Source: Candidatus Babeliales bacterium (GTDB lineage: Bacteria; Babelota; Babeliae; Babelales; JBFXEV01). Taken from it: a DNA stretch of 64,000 nt. Location of the stretch: assembly GCA_050179755.1 (NCBI GenBank), contig JBFXEV010000001.1, positions 969,994 through 1,033,993 on the forward strand, read 5' to 3'. The notes under the pieces were generated by a model, which worked only from the letters and a program-made list of their open reading frames with translations, did not search any database and was not told the origin of the DNA. The translations under genes and the position numbers were made by a program. Shown piece after piece: positions 39,072-49,151 of this stretch (position 1 is its first letter; each line of letters starts with the position of its first letter).

Positions 39072-39455
39072 TCCTATACGTTTAGCTATTGCTTGTAGTT
39101 GTTCTGGGTGATCTTTAAAGAGAGCCATGAGCACGGTACCTCGGCGCGCATTCAGAAAATACATGGTCTGCATATGTGCTGCATCACTCGGTGTTACTAC
39201 ATTTGAACTTTGTCTTGCACCAATATAATTCTTATTATAGGTTTCAATACTTTTATCTACAATTTTCGCAATTTCGAGCGCTGGCAGTTCTTTTTCAGCC
39301 AATTGCTCAATTATCTTTGTTGTTTTTACAAAGATAGGTTGAGACTTTAAGCGATCTTGCAATACAGCTGCAGTAGGCATTTTGATTTTGACCATAGCAA
39401 TGCATTGCGTGCCAAATGTTATGAGGGTAATTAAAAGAACATATTTTGAATTCAT
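39054..39455 (-). CDS. Hypothetical exported protein
   Basis: AAGGA RBS; signal peptide ending CIA-MV. Confidence 0.7.
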   Translation of the reverse strand: MNSKYVLLITLITFGTQCIAMVKIKMPTAAVLQDRLKSQPIFVKTTKIIEQLAEKELPALEIAKIVDKSIETYNKNYIGARQSSNVVTPSDAAHMQTMYFLNARRGTVLMALFKDHPEQLQAIAKRIGLRAKL

Positions 39456-39620
39456 ACGTTTTTCCTTTTAAAATGTTATTCAGATGCTCAATATTCATTT
39501 TAATAATAGCAATATTTCTTTGAGAACAAAATACTTTCTCTCATAATCTACCCCATTTACTTTTATGTCATATCTTATACCTTAATGTCAGAGTTGGACA
39601 CTGAATATGAAAGGCATCCA

Positions 39621-41099
39621 ATGGCACAACAAGATTTAAATAAAGAAACAACAGTTGTTAAAGAAAAACCTGTCATAAAAATAATGCCGGCAGTCACCGA
39701 TCAAAAACCCATACTTGCAAGCTATATTGCGGGTATTAAAGATACTGAGAATGGAGAGAGTATCTCTAAAATACTAAGTTATTTTGTGCCTGAATTTATT
39801 ACGGCATTAGTATTATATTCATTAACCTATTTTTATGATTCATGGTTAATTGCTCATTTAAAATCAACATCGTTATCCGGAACTGCAGGTACCACCAATA
39901 CCTTATTGCACGTGTTAACAAAAATGGCTGAAGGATTCACTGTTTCCACCATGATCCTTGCAGGCCTGTATAACGGCCGTAAAGAAGATAAACGTATTGG
40001 TAGAGCGCTTGTTGATGCCTTTTGGGTAACAACACTAGCAGGAACTTTGGTCGCATGTATGCTTTTTTTTGGCGCCTATTGGATTTATTATTTTCTGCGC
40101 GTACCAGAAAAAATGATTAGCCTAGGTACTCCCTATTTGCGCACGCGCGCAGTAGCAATTCTTTTTATGTACGTATACTTTGCATTAATTGGTTTCTTGC
40201 GCGGTATCAAAAATACGCGTGCTCCTATGATGATATTTATTCTTGGCGCATCAGTATTTATGTTTTTTGATTATGCACTTATTTTTGGTGCATTTGGATT
40301 GCCAGCACTTGAATTACAAGGCTCTGCGGTGGCTTCATTGATACAATTTGGCGTAATGCTTGTTGCAGCCTTTATATATATTTTTACTCATAAAGAATAT
40401 CAAAAATATGGCCTAAGTTTATTTAGCGATATTGGTGACTGGTCGCGCATTAAAGATTTATTGCGCCTCACTTGGCCTGTTATGCTTGATAAGGTCACGT
40501 TTGCCATGGGCTATTTATGGCTTGCTGGCATGATAAACCCAATGGGTAAATACGTGATTGCAAGTTTTTCAGCCATTAAAGATTTAGAACGTTTGGCCAT
40601 TATGCCTGCAGCTGCCTTTGCGCAGGTGATTACCTTTTTGGTCAGTAACAGTTATGGTATTGGTGATTGGCAGGCAATTAAGAGCAACTTAAAGAAGGTT
40701 GTCTTTTTGGCATCTATTTTTGTGTTTGCTATTCTGTTTATCTTTTCTATGTGGCCAGCCTTCTTTATTGGCATTTTTGACCATAAAGGTAAATATACCG
40801 AATTTGCGGCAGCTATTTTGCCCCTTGTGAGTGTACTTGTTTTCTTTGATTTGCTACAATTGATATTTGCAGGCGCTTTACGTGGTGCCGCCAATGTTAA
40901 GCTGGTCATGTACGCACGTTTGGGCGTTATGTTTCTGTTTTTTATACCAACCACATTGTTTATTGATTGGTTGGCGCTTGATAATGTCAAGTTATCGTTT
41001 CTTTTGATGTATGGGTCATTTTATGTAGGCAACGGCTTGATAAGCCTGGTATACATGTGGCGATTCCGTGGCCAGAGATGGACTACGAAGTCTGTTTGA
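39621..41099 (+). CDS. MATE-family efflux transporter/flippase
   Basis: Many TM segments, FLRGIKNTRAPM, LIFGAFGLPALELQGSAVAS, GALRG. Confidence 0.9.
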   Translation: MAQQDLNKETTVVKEKPVIKIMPAVTDQKPILASYIAGIKDTENGESISKILSYFVPEFITALVLYSLTYFYDSWLIAHLKSTSLSGTAGTTNTLLHVLTKMAEGFTVSTMILAGLYNGRKEDKRIGRALVDAFWVTTLAGTLVACMLFFGAYWIYYFLRVPEKMISLGTPYLRTRAVAILFMYVYFALIGFLRGIKNTRAPMMIFILGASVFMFFDYALIFGAFGLPALELQGSAVASLIQFGVMLVAAFIYIFTHKEYQKYGLSLFSDIGDWSRIKDLLRLTWPVMLDKVTFAMGYLWLAGMINPMGKYVIASFSAIKDLERLAIMPAAAFAQVITFLVSNSYGIGDWQAIKSNLKKVVFLASIFVFAILFIFSMWPAFFIGIFDHKGKYTEFAAAILPLVSVLVFFDLLQLIFAGALRGAANVKLVMYARLGVMFLFFIPTTLFIDWLALDNVKLSFLLMYGSFYVGNGLISLVYMWRFRGQRWTTKSV

Positions 41100-41120
41100 A
41101 TTACGCCGCGAAAGGGTTTT

Positions 41121-41408
41121 ATGTCAATTTTAAGTAAAGAAGAATTAAAAAAATTAGCGCAGATAAGTAGCTTGCAAATTAAAGATGAAGAGCTTTCTTC
41201 TTTCTCTGAGCAAATAAATGGCGTGCTAGCCTATGCAGCTCGTGTTGCAGATATTGCAAAAGATGTCTCTATTGCCTCAAATAAACGTGTAAATGTATTC
41301 CGTGAAGATGTGGTGGTGGAAACAGATAAAGAAGAAGTGCTGAGAGGAGCACCTGAGCGCGAGCAAGATTACTTTGTGGTGCCAGTCATTATTCAAAGCA
41401 ATAAATAG
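41121..41408 (+). CDS. gatC: Asp/Glu-tRNA amidotransferase subunit C
   Basis: NVFRED, AP...YFVVP; precedes gatA. Confidence 0.9.
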   Translation: MSILSKEELKKLAQISSLQIKDEELSSFSEQINGVLAYAARVADIAKDVSIASNKRVNVFREDVVVETDKEEVLRGAPEREQDYFVVPVIIQSNK

Positions 41409-41419
41409 GATTATCGTTC

Positions 41420-42868
41420 GTGAACAACTATGCATTTGCAACTATCAAGGAATTACGAGCAGCCCTTGAAGCCAAAAAGATTACCTCACAAGAACTGCTT
41501 GATTATTACATTGAACGTTTTAAAACATATGATCCTCACGTATTGAGTGCGTTAGAGATTTTTGATAAGCAGTCGGTGTTAGATGCCAGCGCCAAACAAG
41601 GCATGCTTGCAGGTATTCCTGGTCTTATAAAAGACACTATTTGCCAAAAAGATCGCATTGCCTCATGTTCTTCTAAAATTCTAGAAAATTTTGTATCGCC
41701 TTATGATGCAACTGCCGTAGAGCGGTTAAAGCAGCAGGGAGCATTACTTTTAGGTCGCGCAAATTGTGATGAATTTGCGATGGGCAGTTCTGGTGAAACC
41801 TCTGCGTTTCAAAAAACTACTAATCCATGGGATAAAAGCCGCGTACCTGGTGGTTCAAGTTCAGGTTCGGCTGCATGCGTTGCAGCAGGGCTTGTGCCGT
41901 GGTCGCTTGGCACAGAAACCGGTGGTTCGGTGCGTCAGCCTGCCGCATTGTGCGGTATTGTGGGGTTAAAACCTACGTACGGTTTAGTATCGCGCTATGG
42001 TTTAATTGCATATGGATCTTCACTTGATCAAATTGGTATTTTCACGCGCACTGCCTATGATAATGCATTAGTGCTTTCTGCAATGGCAGGGCACGATACG
42101 CATGATTCCACGTCATTGCCAGAGTCACCCAAAGATTATACCAAAGATCTTACGGGTAAGATTAAGCCGGGGCTTACTATTGGTGTGATTGATAATGCGT
42201 TGCATGCAGAAGGTATTGATCCTGAAATTGTGCATTGTATTGAAGATGCAATTAAGGTATATGAAAAGCTTGGCGCAACTATTAAACGCATTACGGTGCC
42301 AACGCTTGATTATGCAGCAGCGGTTTATTTTATTATTAGCCGTGCAGAAGCTGCTTCTAATTTAGCGCGCTTTGATGGCGTGCGCTATGGCTACCGTGAT
42401 AAATCTGCAAAAACACTTGCCCAAATGTATACGCAAACGCGCCAACATGGGTTTGGTGATGAAGTAAAAGCGCGTATTCTAATTGGTAACTATGTGTTAT
42501 CGTCTGGCCATGCCGACGCCTATTACAATAATGCAGAAAAAGTGCGTCGTTTAATGCGCAAAGAGTTTGCCGATCAATTTAAAAATGTTGATCTCATGCT
42601 TGCGCCAGTGCATCCTGCGCCCGCGTTTAAATTTGGGGCGTTTGATAATGATAAATTGCAAATGGACTTGCAAGACTATTTTACCTGTGCAATGAACTTG
42701 GTGGGTATTCCAGCACTTGCGTTTCCGTGCGGTATGAGTTCAAGCAAATTGCCTATTGGCATGCAGCTCATTGGTCCAGAACTTTCTGAAGGGTTGCTCT
42801 TTCAAACAGCCCATGCCTATGAGCAACTAACACCGTGGCATACACAACACCCGGAATCATTTAAATAA
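41420..42868 (+). CDS. gatA: Asp/Glu-tRNA amidotransferase subunit A
   Basis: DEFAMGSS, PGGSSSGSAA, GGSVRQPA, SNLARFDGVRYG. Confidence 0.97.
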   Translation: MNNYAFATIKELRAALEAKKITSQELLDYYIERFKTYDPHVLSALEIFDKQSVLDASAKQGMLAGIPGLIKDTICQKDRIASCSSKILENFVSPYDATAVERLKQQGALLLGRANCDEFAMGSSGETSAFQKTTNPWDKSRVPGGSSSGSAACVAAGLVPWSLGTETGGSVRQPAALCGIVGLKPTYGLVSRYGLIAYGSSLDQIGIFTRTAYDNALVLSAMAGHDTHDSTSLPESPKDYTKDLTGKIKPGLTIGVIDNALHAEGIDPEIVHCIEDAIKVYEKLGATIKRITVPTLDYAAAVYFIISRAEAASNLARFDGVRYGYRDKSAKTLAQMYTQTRQHGFGDEVKARILIGNYVLSSGHADAYYNNAEKVRRLMRKEFADQFKNVDLMLAPVHPAPAFKFGAFDNDKLQMDLQDYFTCAMNLVGIPALAFPCGMSSSKLPIGMQLIGPELSEGLLFQTAHAYEQLTPWHTQHPESFK

Positions 42869-42950
42869 AACCTTTGTGTTATTTGAGCCTCTTTTGCTAC
42901 ACTCTGTGATGTGGAGTGAAGTGTGGAGGCTATAATATAACACAAAGTCT

Positions 42951-43790
42951 ATGAAAAAAGTTGTTGGAGTAATGCTTTTCTTGAGCATGTGCACCTTGCA
43001 TGCTGATCACCCGCATACGCGACTTGTTGAATATCAATGTGATGGTGTGGCTCTATCTCCTCAAAAAAAAACATTTGGCACGTACGTGATGGGTGGGCTT
43101 GCCACTGTTTTTAAGGACGCCATTGCGTTAAACCGTAATTTAATTTCACTAGATACGGTGAAAGTACTCGTGGGCTTTACGCCATTCTATATTAGTTCTC
43201 GTTTTATTGACCAACGTGTGCAAAAACGGTTTTATGATCCTGCACATCACAAAAACATTAATCAAATGCCTTCAACCTTTTGTAAAGTAGTAGAAGAAGG
43301 TGCATTTGGCATTATGATAGGGCTTTCTACACTTACTTTTTTTGGACAATCTGAGCATGCACGTACCACTGGCCGTGTGTTTGGCATTGGCGCAATCTCT
43401 GCATTACTTGGTAAAAAGATTGTGAAAGAATTTAAGTTTGAAGGCGGCAAACGGCCGTGGCATGAAAAATTTAGTTGTAAAAGCCGTTCAGATGGTGGCT
43501 TTCCTTCCGGGCATATGGTAGAAGCTGCGTATAGTGCCACCGTATTTGGCTGGCAATATGGATATAAAGCTGGCATTCCACTTGGCATTTATGCAGGGAT
43601 CATGTTTGGGGTGAGCGTGAATCGTAATCGGCATTATGTTTCTCAAGTGGTTGCAGGCACTGCGGTAGGTATTATATATGGTCTTGCTGCTAATCGCGTG
43701 ATTGATTGCCATATGTGCAAGGACCTGACGTTGAATGTTGGCACTAATGAGCAAGGTTATTCTGAGGTTTGCATTTCTTATAAATTTTAA
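42951..43790 (+). CDS. PAP2-family phosphatase-like protein
   Basis: K...RPW, FPSGH, HYVSQ; signal peptide. Confidence 0.85.
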   Translation: MKKVVGVMLFLSMCTLHADHPHTRLVEYQCDGVALSPQKKTFGTYVMGGLATVFKDAIALNRNLISLDTVKVLVGFTPFYISSRFIDQRVQKRFYDPAHHKNINQMPSTFCKVVEEGAFGIMIGLSTLTFFGQSEHARTTGRVFGIGAISALLGKKIVKEFKFEGGKRPWHEKFSCKSRSDGGFPSGHMVEAAYSATVFGWQYGYKAGIPLGIYAGIMFGVSVNRNRHYVSQVVAGTAVGIIYGLAANRVIDCHMCKDLTLNVGTNEQGYSEVCISYKF

Positions 43791-43851
43791 AGCATATGCT
43801 TTGTTTGTGATTTTTTGATACAGTTAAAATACAAACTTAAGAAGGAGCATA

Positions 43852-44487
43852 ATGGTATTTGAAGATCGCTTTCATGCAGGGCACTTGCTTGCCAAAAAAT
43901 TAGCACAGTACAAAAACAATAAAGATGTGGTGATAATTGCGATCCCCCGTGGCGCGCTTGAAATTGGCTACGTATTAGCAAAAGAATTGCATGCACCACT
44001 TGACGTTGCATTTATCAAAAAAATTTCTGCGCCAGGCCAACCGGAATTTGCAATTGGGGCCGTGAGCATGGATGCTATGGTTATTGCGCCCGAATATGCA
44101 CATATTCCGGGCATACAAGAATATGCTCAACAACAAGCCGCACAAATTCGTGATCTACTTCAAGAACGCAGCATGCTGTATCACCGTGAAGTAAAGCCGC
44201 AAAGTCTGCAAGATAAAACGGTGATTGTGGTTGATGATGGTGTTGCCACTGGGCGCACGCTCCTTTTAACATTAGATCTTATTAAAGAACAAAAACCACA
44301 AAAAATTATTGTAGCATTGCCTGTTGGCCCAAAGCACACGATCGATGCGATTAAACAAAAAGCTGATGAAGTAATATGCGTGCATGTGCCAGAGCAGTTT
44401 CTCTCGGTTGGTCAATTTTATAAAAACTTTGCTCAAGTCCAAGATTATGTGGCAATTGATTTGCTTAAACGAGCAAACGCATCATGA
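43852..44487 (+). CDS. Type I phosphoribosyltransferase
   Basis: FEDRFHAG, IPRG, VVDDGVATG, SVGQFY. Confidence 0.9.
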   Translation: MVFEDRFHAGHLLAKKLAQYKNNKDVVIIAIPRGALEIGYVLAKELHAPLDVAFIKKISAPGQPEFAIGAVSMDAMVIAPEYAHIPGIQEYAQQQAAQIRDLLQERSMLYHREVKPQSLQDKTVIVVDDGVATGRTLLLTLDLIKEQKPQKIIVALPVGPKHTIDAIKQKADEVICVHVPEQFLSVGQFYKNFAQVQDYVAIDLLKRANAS

Positions 44488-45320
44488 TATTTTATATTCC
44501 TTCATCAGAACAACTTGCGCGCGCAATTTCATTACCCAAAGGCCATGCAACATTCAAGCAATTTACCGACGGGGAATGGCACGTGCAGATCCATGATGAG
44601 GTGAAAGGTAAATCAGTCTGGGTGCTTGCGCAAACAGGTGCGCCTGCTGATACTATTATTCAATTATTATTGCTATGTGATGCGTTGCAACGAGCCGGCG
44701 CCACTCTCAATATATTTTTATCATACATGGGCTATGCGCGGCAAGATAAACTGTTTGCAGGCCAAGCCTTGAGCGTGGAAGTTATGTGCAAGCTGATTGC
44801 ACTTTCTCAACCAAAAAGTCTTCATGCATTGCAATTGCATAATCCTGCAATATGCTCATCATTATTTACCAATCATATTCCCTATCCTTTTTTTGATGAA
44901 TGTATAGGCGACAACGATATTGTGGTAGCGCCTGATAAAGGAGCGGCTTTATGGGCAGGGCCCATTGCTGCAAATCACATGCGCCAACTGGTGCGTATTG
45001 AAAAGCAACGGCCTGCGCCCGAACGCGTTATCATGCAATTATCGGGTGACGTGTGTGGCAAACGAGCGCTTATTGTTGATGATATGATTACAACGGGTAA
45101 CACTATTTTGGAGGCTGCACGCGTGCTTTTTGAGCATGGCGCCGTGAGTGTGCAAGTTGCATGTACGCATGGTTTGTTTACAGGTGATGCAAAAAAGAAT
45201 TTGCTGCAAAGCACTATTCAAAAAATATATGTTACAAATAGCTTGCCACAAGAGCATGCGCACGATAAAATTACCGTGGTAGATATTGCGCCCTTTATTA
45301 ATGAAATACTAAAAGAGTGA
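44484..45320 (+). CDS. prs: Ribose-phosphate pyrophosphokinase
   Basis: FTDGE, YARQDK, VAPDKG, IVDDMITTGNT, CTHGLF. Confidence 0.9.
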   Translation: MIFYIPSSEQLARAISLPKGHATFKQFTDGEWHVQIHDEVKGKSVWVLAQTGAPADTIIQLLLLCDALQRAGATLNIFLSYMGYARQDKLFAGQALSVEVMCKLIALSQPKSLHALQLHNPAICSSLFTNHIPYPFFDECIGDNDIVVAPDKGAALWAGPIAANHMRQLVRIEKQRPAPERVIMQLSGDVCGKRALIVDDMITTGNTILEAARVLFEHGAVSVQVACTHGLFTGDAKKNLLQSTIQKIYVTNSLPQEHAHDKITVVDIAPFINEILKE

Positions 45321-45335
45321 TAGTACAAAATCAAC

Positions 45336-46133
45336 ATGAACAGAAAATGGTTGCTTCTTGGTATAAGTTTATTTATGAGCTCGCGAGCGTTCGCAGTCAT
45401 TCGGCCAGATGCAAGCATTCCTAATAAAGTAGGTAATTTCTTCCGTGATATAGTAAAAGATGCCATTCGTTTGCATGTCAATTTATTCTCGGTAGATTCA
45501 GCCAAAGTTGTAGCAGGAGTTACACCGTTTTATATATCAACACGTTTTATTGATGAAAAAATTCAATGCAACTTCTATGATCCTGCATGCCACAAAAATG
45601 TGTGCCAGTTTCCTAATGCTGCGCATACCATGGCCAAATGCAGTGTTGCCGTGCCCATGATAGTGTTATCAACCGCCTATTTGTGGGGATGGAATGAAGA
45701 TATTCGTTACACGGGGTGGATGACTGCTGTTGCACTTCCGTTTGTGCAGTCGGGCAAAGACATAATTAAAAAAGCGCGCACTAAAGCATGCTTGCGCCCT
45801 TGGAATGAACATTTTAGCAAGCACGAGCGTTCCTCTGGCGGATTTCCCTCGGGCCATATGGCAAACGTTGCATTTTTGACTACGTTATGGGGCATGCGGC
45901 ATGGCCCAAAATGGGCCGTACCTATTGCATTAGTTGGGACGTTTGTGGCAGCTGATTTTGTAAATTGCAATCGGCATTATGTTTCGCAATTAGTTGCTGG
46001 CATTGGTCTTGGTGTGATTTATGGATTTGCAGCATCTAAAGTGGTGGATTGTAAGTTGCAAGAGCATTGGAGTGTAAATGTTTGTGCGGACAAGCAGGGT
46101 GAGCCCTGCTTGCAAATTGGGTATAAGTTTTAG
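45336..46133 (+). CDS. PAP2-family phosphatase-like protein, paralogue of 42951-43790
   Basis: Shares TPFYIS.RFID, FYDPA, RPW, FPSGHM, NRHYVSQ. Confidence 0.85.
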   Translation: MNRKWLLLGISLFMSSRAFAVIRPDASIPNKVGNFFRDIVKDAIRLHVNLFSVDSAKVVAGVTPFYISTRFIDEKIQCNFYDPACHKNVCQFPNAAHTMAKCSVAVPMIVLSTAYLWGWNEDIRYTGWMTAVALPFVQSGKDIIKKARTKACLRPWNEHFSKHERSSGGFPSGHMANVAFLTTLWGMRHGPKWAVPIALVGTFVAADFVNCNRHYVSQLVAGIGLGVIYGFAASKVVDCKLQEHWSVNVCADKQGEPCLQIGYKF

Positions 46134-46137
46134 TTGA

Positions 46138-46358
46138 TTACGATTTTGAACTTGTTTTTTGTTGCGTATCATACATTGCTCGCAATTCATTATAGAGCGA
46201 GTGCGCATTATCAAGTTAGGTAAATTTTCCATTTTTTTCAAAGGCTACAAATGATTTTGAGTCAAATTCATGGCCGCCACTCCAGGAATATGTGTACTTT
46301 CATATAATAATCAAGATATAAAGCATTGTTAATGAGCGTAGTCAGAAACAATCGTCAT
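46138..46358 (-). pseudogene. Disrupted member of the small secreted protein family
   Basis: Minus-strand frame ...FDSKSFVAFEKNGKFT*LDNAHSLYNELRAMYDTQQKTSSKS* resembles 47767-48108; internal TAA and broken 5' end. Confidence 0.6.
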
Positions 46359-47275
46359 TAGCTTGCCGGTTCGAGTAATTCCAGTAATGTTTCTAAAGCA
46401 AGAGCATCGTGATAACTTTCTGTGATCATATCCTTGTAAAAGGCAATGCACTCTTTTAGGGAAAGATGATCGTAAGGAATGTGCGCCATGTTTGCAAGAG
46501 CAACCAGTTCATCTAGCCTTATATGTAATTTCTTTGGAGGAAATTGTGTAATGAGTTTGCAAAGCATTTTTCTATACATTTCGAGCGCTTCAAGTTCTGG
46601 AGCGGTGAATTGATGGCGGTTATCACGATGGAGTCGTAATAATTGGCATATTGCTTCTTTACAGAGATTTTGGCCATAAGCATTTGCCATATCAATACCG
46701 CAAAAACTATTGGTTATTTCATCATAAAATAAATTGGTGCGCGCACGGTCGTTATTGCCAATAAACGTATCAAAAGCAACAAGAGCAGGAAGTTGCGGAT
46801 GCAAAGCCATATGCTCAATGGCGGTAGCGGTAAGTCCTCTCCATTTGAGCGATAACATGCCCTCTTTTTTCCATAACCAACCACCAATTGCGCGGTAGCG
46901 TTGCTGAATTTCTAATTCATTAAATTGCTTTGATTCAGTCAGCATAACGCCTTGCGCAAAAGTGTGTAGTGTTGCTGGCAAATGATGCCACTGTTTGCCC
47001 ACATGATCTTGAAAAGCGGGTATCAAGGTGATTTTATTGCAGGGGATTCCCGCTTGCGCAGCTATTTCTGCTGTTAGACAATCCATTATTAATAAGAATT
47101 GCTGTTTTAGATCTTCTTCAAGTACTTGTTTAATTACATAATTATTGGCATGTTCATCGCGGATAAAGGTAATACGACTATACGGTTCGTTATGGCAAGA
47201 AAGAATTTTAAATTCGATTGCGTGCATAGTAAAATTGAGCATTAGTGAGAGAAGTAAAACAATGTTGTAGTGCAT
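46358..47275 (-). CDS. Exported HipA/PI3-PI4-kinase-like protein
   Basis: Signal peptide ending TMHA; YVIK, FDTFIGNNDRARTN, GIDMANAY. Confidence 0.75.
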   Translation of the reverse strand: MHYNIVLLLSLMLNFTMHAIEFKILSCHNEPYSRITFIRDEHANNYVIKQVLEEDLKQQFLLIMDCLTAEIAAQAGIPCNKITLIPAFQDHVGKQWHHLPATLHTFAQGVMLTESKQFNELEIQQRYRAIGGWLWKKEGMLSLKWRGLTATAIEHMALHPQLPALVAFDTFIGNNDRARTNLFYDEITNSFCGIDMANAYGQNLCKEAICQLLRLHRDNRHQFTAPELEALEMYRKMLCKLITQFPPKKLHIRLDELVALANMAHIPYDHLSLKECIAFYKDMITESYHDALALETLLELLEPAS

Positions 47276-47359
47276 AAGCTGATTTATTTCTTGAATTTAT
47301 AGTGTTATGTATTTTATTGCAGGCTCGTGTTGTGCATGCATTACGCAAGTTGGCAACAA

Positions 47360-47767
47360 TTAATAAATATCCGGAAAATGTGATTTTTCTTGAAACGCCG
47401 TTTGAAGCATAATAAAAACTTTTTCTGCGTCAGTAAGCACAACCACATTCTTTCCCATTTTTCTACTGGTTTTTATATCTAGCGCTGTGGTATGCCGTGC
47501 TGCCTCGTAACGGTGCGTAATTTTATTATCCTCAACGATTGGTTGACTCATAGCAGTTATGGTAGATCCTTTGGCAACTTCTGCTTGATAAAAAGTACGA
47601 TTAGCAATTGTCCACGTAGTGACATCTTTAATATATTCAATGCCTGTTTGTGCGGGATTAGCTTGCGCAGCATTCGATTGTGGGTCCATAGCGAGCAGGT
47701 GGCTGCTTGAAATAATACTTGCTATAAAAAGAAGATATGTAGATAATGTGAAAAAATGTTGTAGCAT
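47360..47767 (-). CDS. Small exported protein (array member)
   Basis: LLA-MD signal end; C-terminal helix AEKVFIMLQTAFQ. Confidence 0.75.
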   Translation of the reverse strand: MLQHFFTLSTYLLFIASIISSSHLLAMDPQSNAAQANPAQTGIEYIKDVTTWTIANRTFYQAEVAKGSTITAMSQPIVEDNKITHRYEAARHTTALDIKTSRKMGKNVVVLTDAEKVFIMLQTAFQEKSHFPDIY

Positions 47768-48108
47768 TAGGTACCCTTTTGTTGCGCACTTTTGGCTGCT
47801 TCTTGCAGCTCATATGCATGTTTAACTTGATTATAAATTGTTTCTAAGCGTTCTTGCTCTATAGCAATTGTCGCATTATTACCTGTTTTTTCAAATGCAC
47901 GAATGTCCTTGAGTTCCGTGTCATAAAACACTGTGTACAATTTTAAACCATCTTTAGAAGGTCCTCTATATATGGGTTTTGTTTCAGTACCCCATTTAAC
48001 ATAGAGTTCTTTGTTAGCAGGGCCAGTTTTTTCCATTGCAAAGCTTGTAGCATTTTGAAGTCCAATCAAAAAAGTAATGGTGAGCGTATTGATAGTATTT
48101 TTTAGCAT
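47767..48108 (-). CDS. Small exported protein (array member)
   Basis: SFA-ME; LETIYNQVKHAYELQ; TAATG coupling to the next gene. Confidence 0.75.
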   Translation of the reverse strand: MLKNTINTLTITFLIGLQNATSFAMEKTGPANKELYVKWGTETKPIYRGPSKDGLKLYTVFYDTELKDIRAFEKTGNNATIAIEQERLETIYNQVKHAYELQEAAKSAQQKGT

Positions 48109-48137
48109 TATTGAGCTTTCTCTAGTAAAATCGCTAT

Positions 48138-48461
48138 TTATTTTGGTGTTGTGTTGTTATTCATTGCTTGTTGGGTTGTATGTTTATTTTTAAGCAGAGT
48201 AAAAAGTTCTTCAGCGCCAACTAAAGTTATTACTCTTGGCTGACCATCATGACTTGTTTCTTCTCCAGCAAAATAGATTTGCCTTTCTTTATGATACTGT
48301 GCGTATATAACATGGTTAGGATTTACAGCTGAATAATAGGCTAGAACTGTCTTGCAATCAAATGTATATACTTTAGCATTCTCCATTGCCAATGTATGGT
48401 TGCCTGAAATAATACTGACTGCAAGAAGAATAAAGTTAAAAGCTATAAGTTTTTTTAACAT
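48138..48461 (-). CDS. Small exported protein (array member)
   Basis: Start ATG 48461; TLA-ME; AEELFTLLKNKHTTQQ. Confidence 0.75.
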   Translation of the reverse strand: MLKKLIAFNFILLAVSIISGNHTLAMENAKVYTFDCKTVLAYYSAVNPNHVIYAQYHKERQIYFAGEETSHDGQPRVITLVGAEELFTLLKNKHTTQQAMNNNTTPK

Positions 48462-48480
48462 TGTATTGATTTTTCTTTGA

Positions 48481-48825
48481 TTATTTTTCAGAAACATTAT
48501 CGCCATGACTAATCACTAATGATTTGCGTTGTAACATATAAGCAAGTTTTAATTGTTCAAATTTCTTCTTTGCAGCGCTCTCGGGGTATTCTGTTTCTAA
48601 TATATCACCATCTGCGCATACACCGCGATAGGTGGCGCAATATTTGCCGGTTGCCTTATTGAATGAAGCTACTTCAGAATCTCTTTGATCGGTAGTTGGG
48701 CCTGTGTATGTTTCAATTTGTTTGTCGGCATCAAAAGTAAACGTGTGCATTGCATGCGCAGAATGTATCATGATAATGCTCATGATGAGTGCTGCATAGC
48801 TTACATGTTGTTTAATTTTTTTCAT
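48481..48825 (-). CDS. Small exported protein (array member)
   Basis: AHA-MH; FNKATGKYCA; AKKKFEQLKLAYMLQ. Confidence 0.75.
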   Translation of the reverse strand: MKKIKQHVSYAALIMSIIMIHSAHAMHTFTFDADKQIETYTGPTTDQRDSEVASFNKATGKYCATYRGVCADGDILETEYPESAAKKKFEQLKLAYMLQRKSLVISHGDNVSEK

Positions 48826-48869
48826 TGTAGGTGTAGCATTCTTTCTAAGTGTTGAACACTGGTAACGTG

Positions 48870-49151
48870 TTATTTTTTTGTTTTTTCTTGCTTTGCATGA
48901 TCTTGCGCTAATTGATGATACACTGATTTGGGGCTTGCATAGTAAGCTACCGTATCAGAGCCTATATGGCAAGCAGCGTAGTTTCCCGTATGAGGATTAT
49001 ACGTGGTTACTACACGTCCTTTAGAATCTGGTATTGAATAGGTAATGGTGTCGTCTTTAGTCTCTTTGGTAATAGTACGCTTCATTGCAAACAAAGATGC
49101 ATTGCTGGTGAGGATGCAAAGTATTAGTACATATTTTATGTGATGTATCAT
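48870..49151 (-). CDS. Small exported protein (array member)
   Basis: AAGGA RBS; LFA-MK; YNPHTGNYAA; PKSVYHQLAQDHAKQ. Confidence 0.75.
   Translation of the reverse strand: MIHHIKYVLILCILTSNASLFAMKRTITKETKDDTITYSIPDSKGRVVTTYNPHTGNYAACHIGSDTVAYYASPKSVYHQLAQDHAKQEKTKK

Noticed and set aside
13287..42868. sbcC without sbcD, secD without secF, gatCA without gatB
   Set aside because: Split operons are common and the partners may lie outside the window
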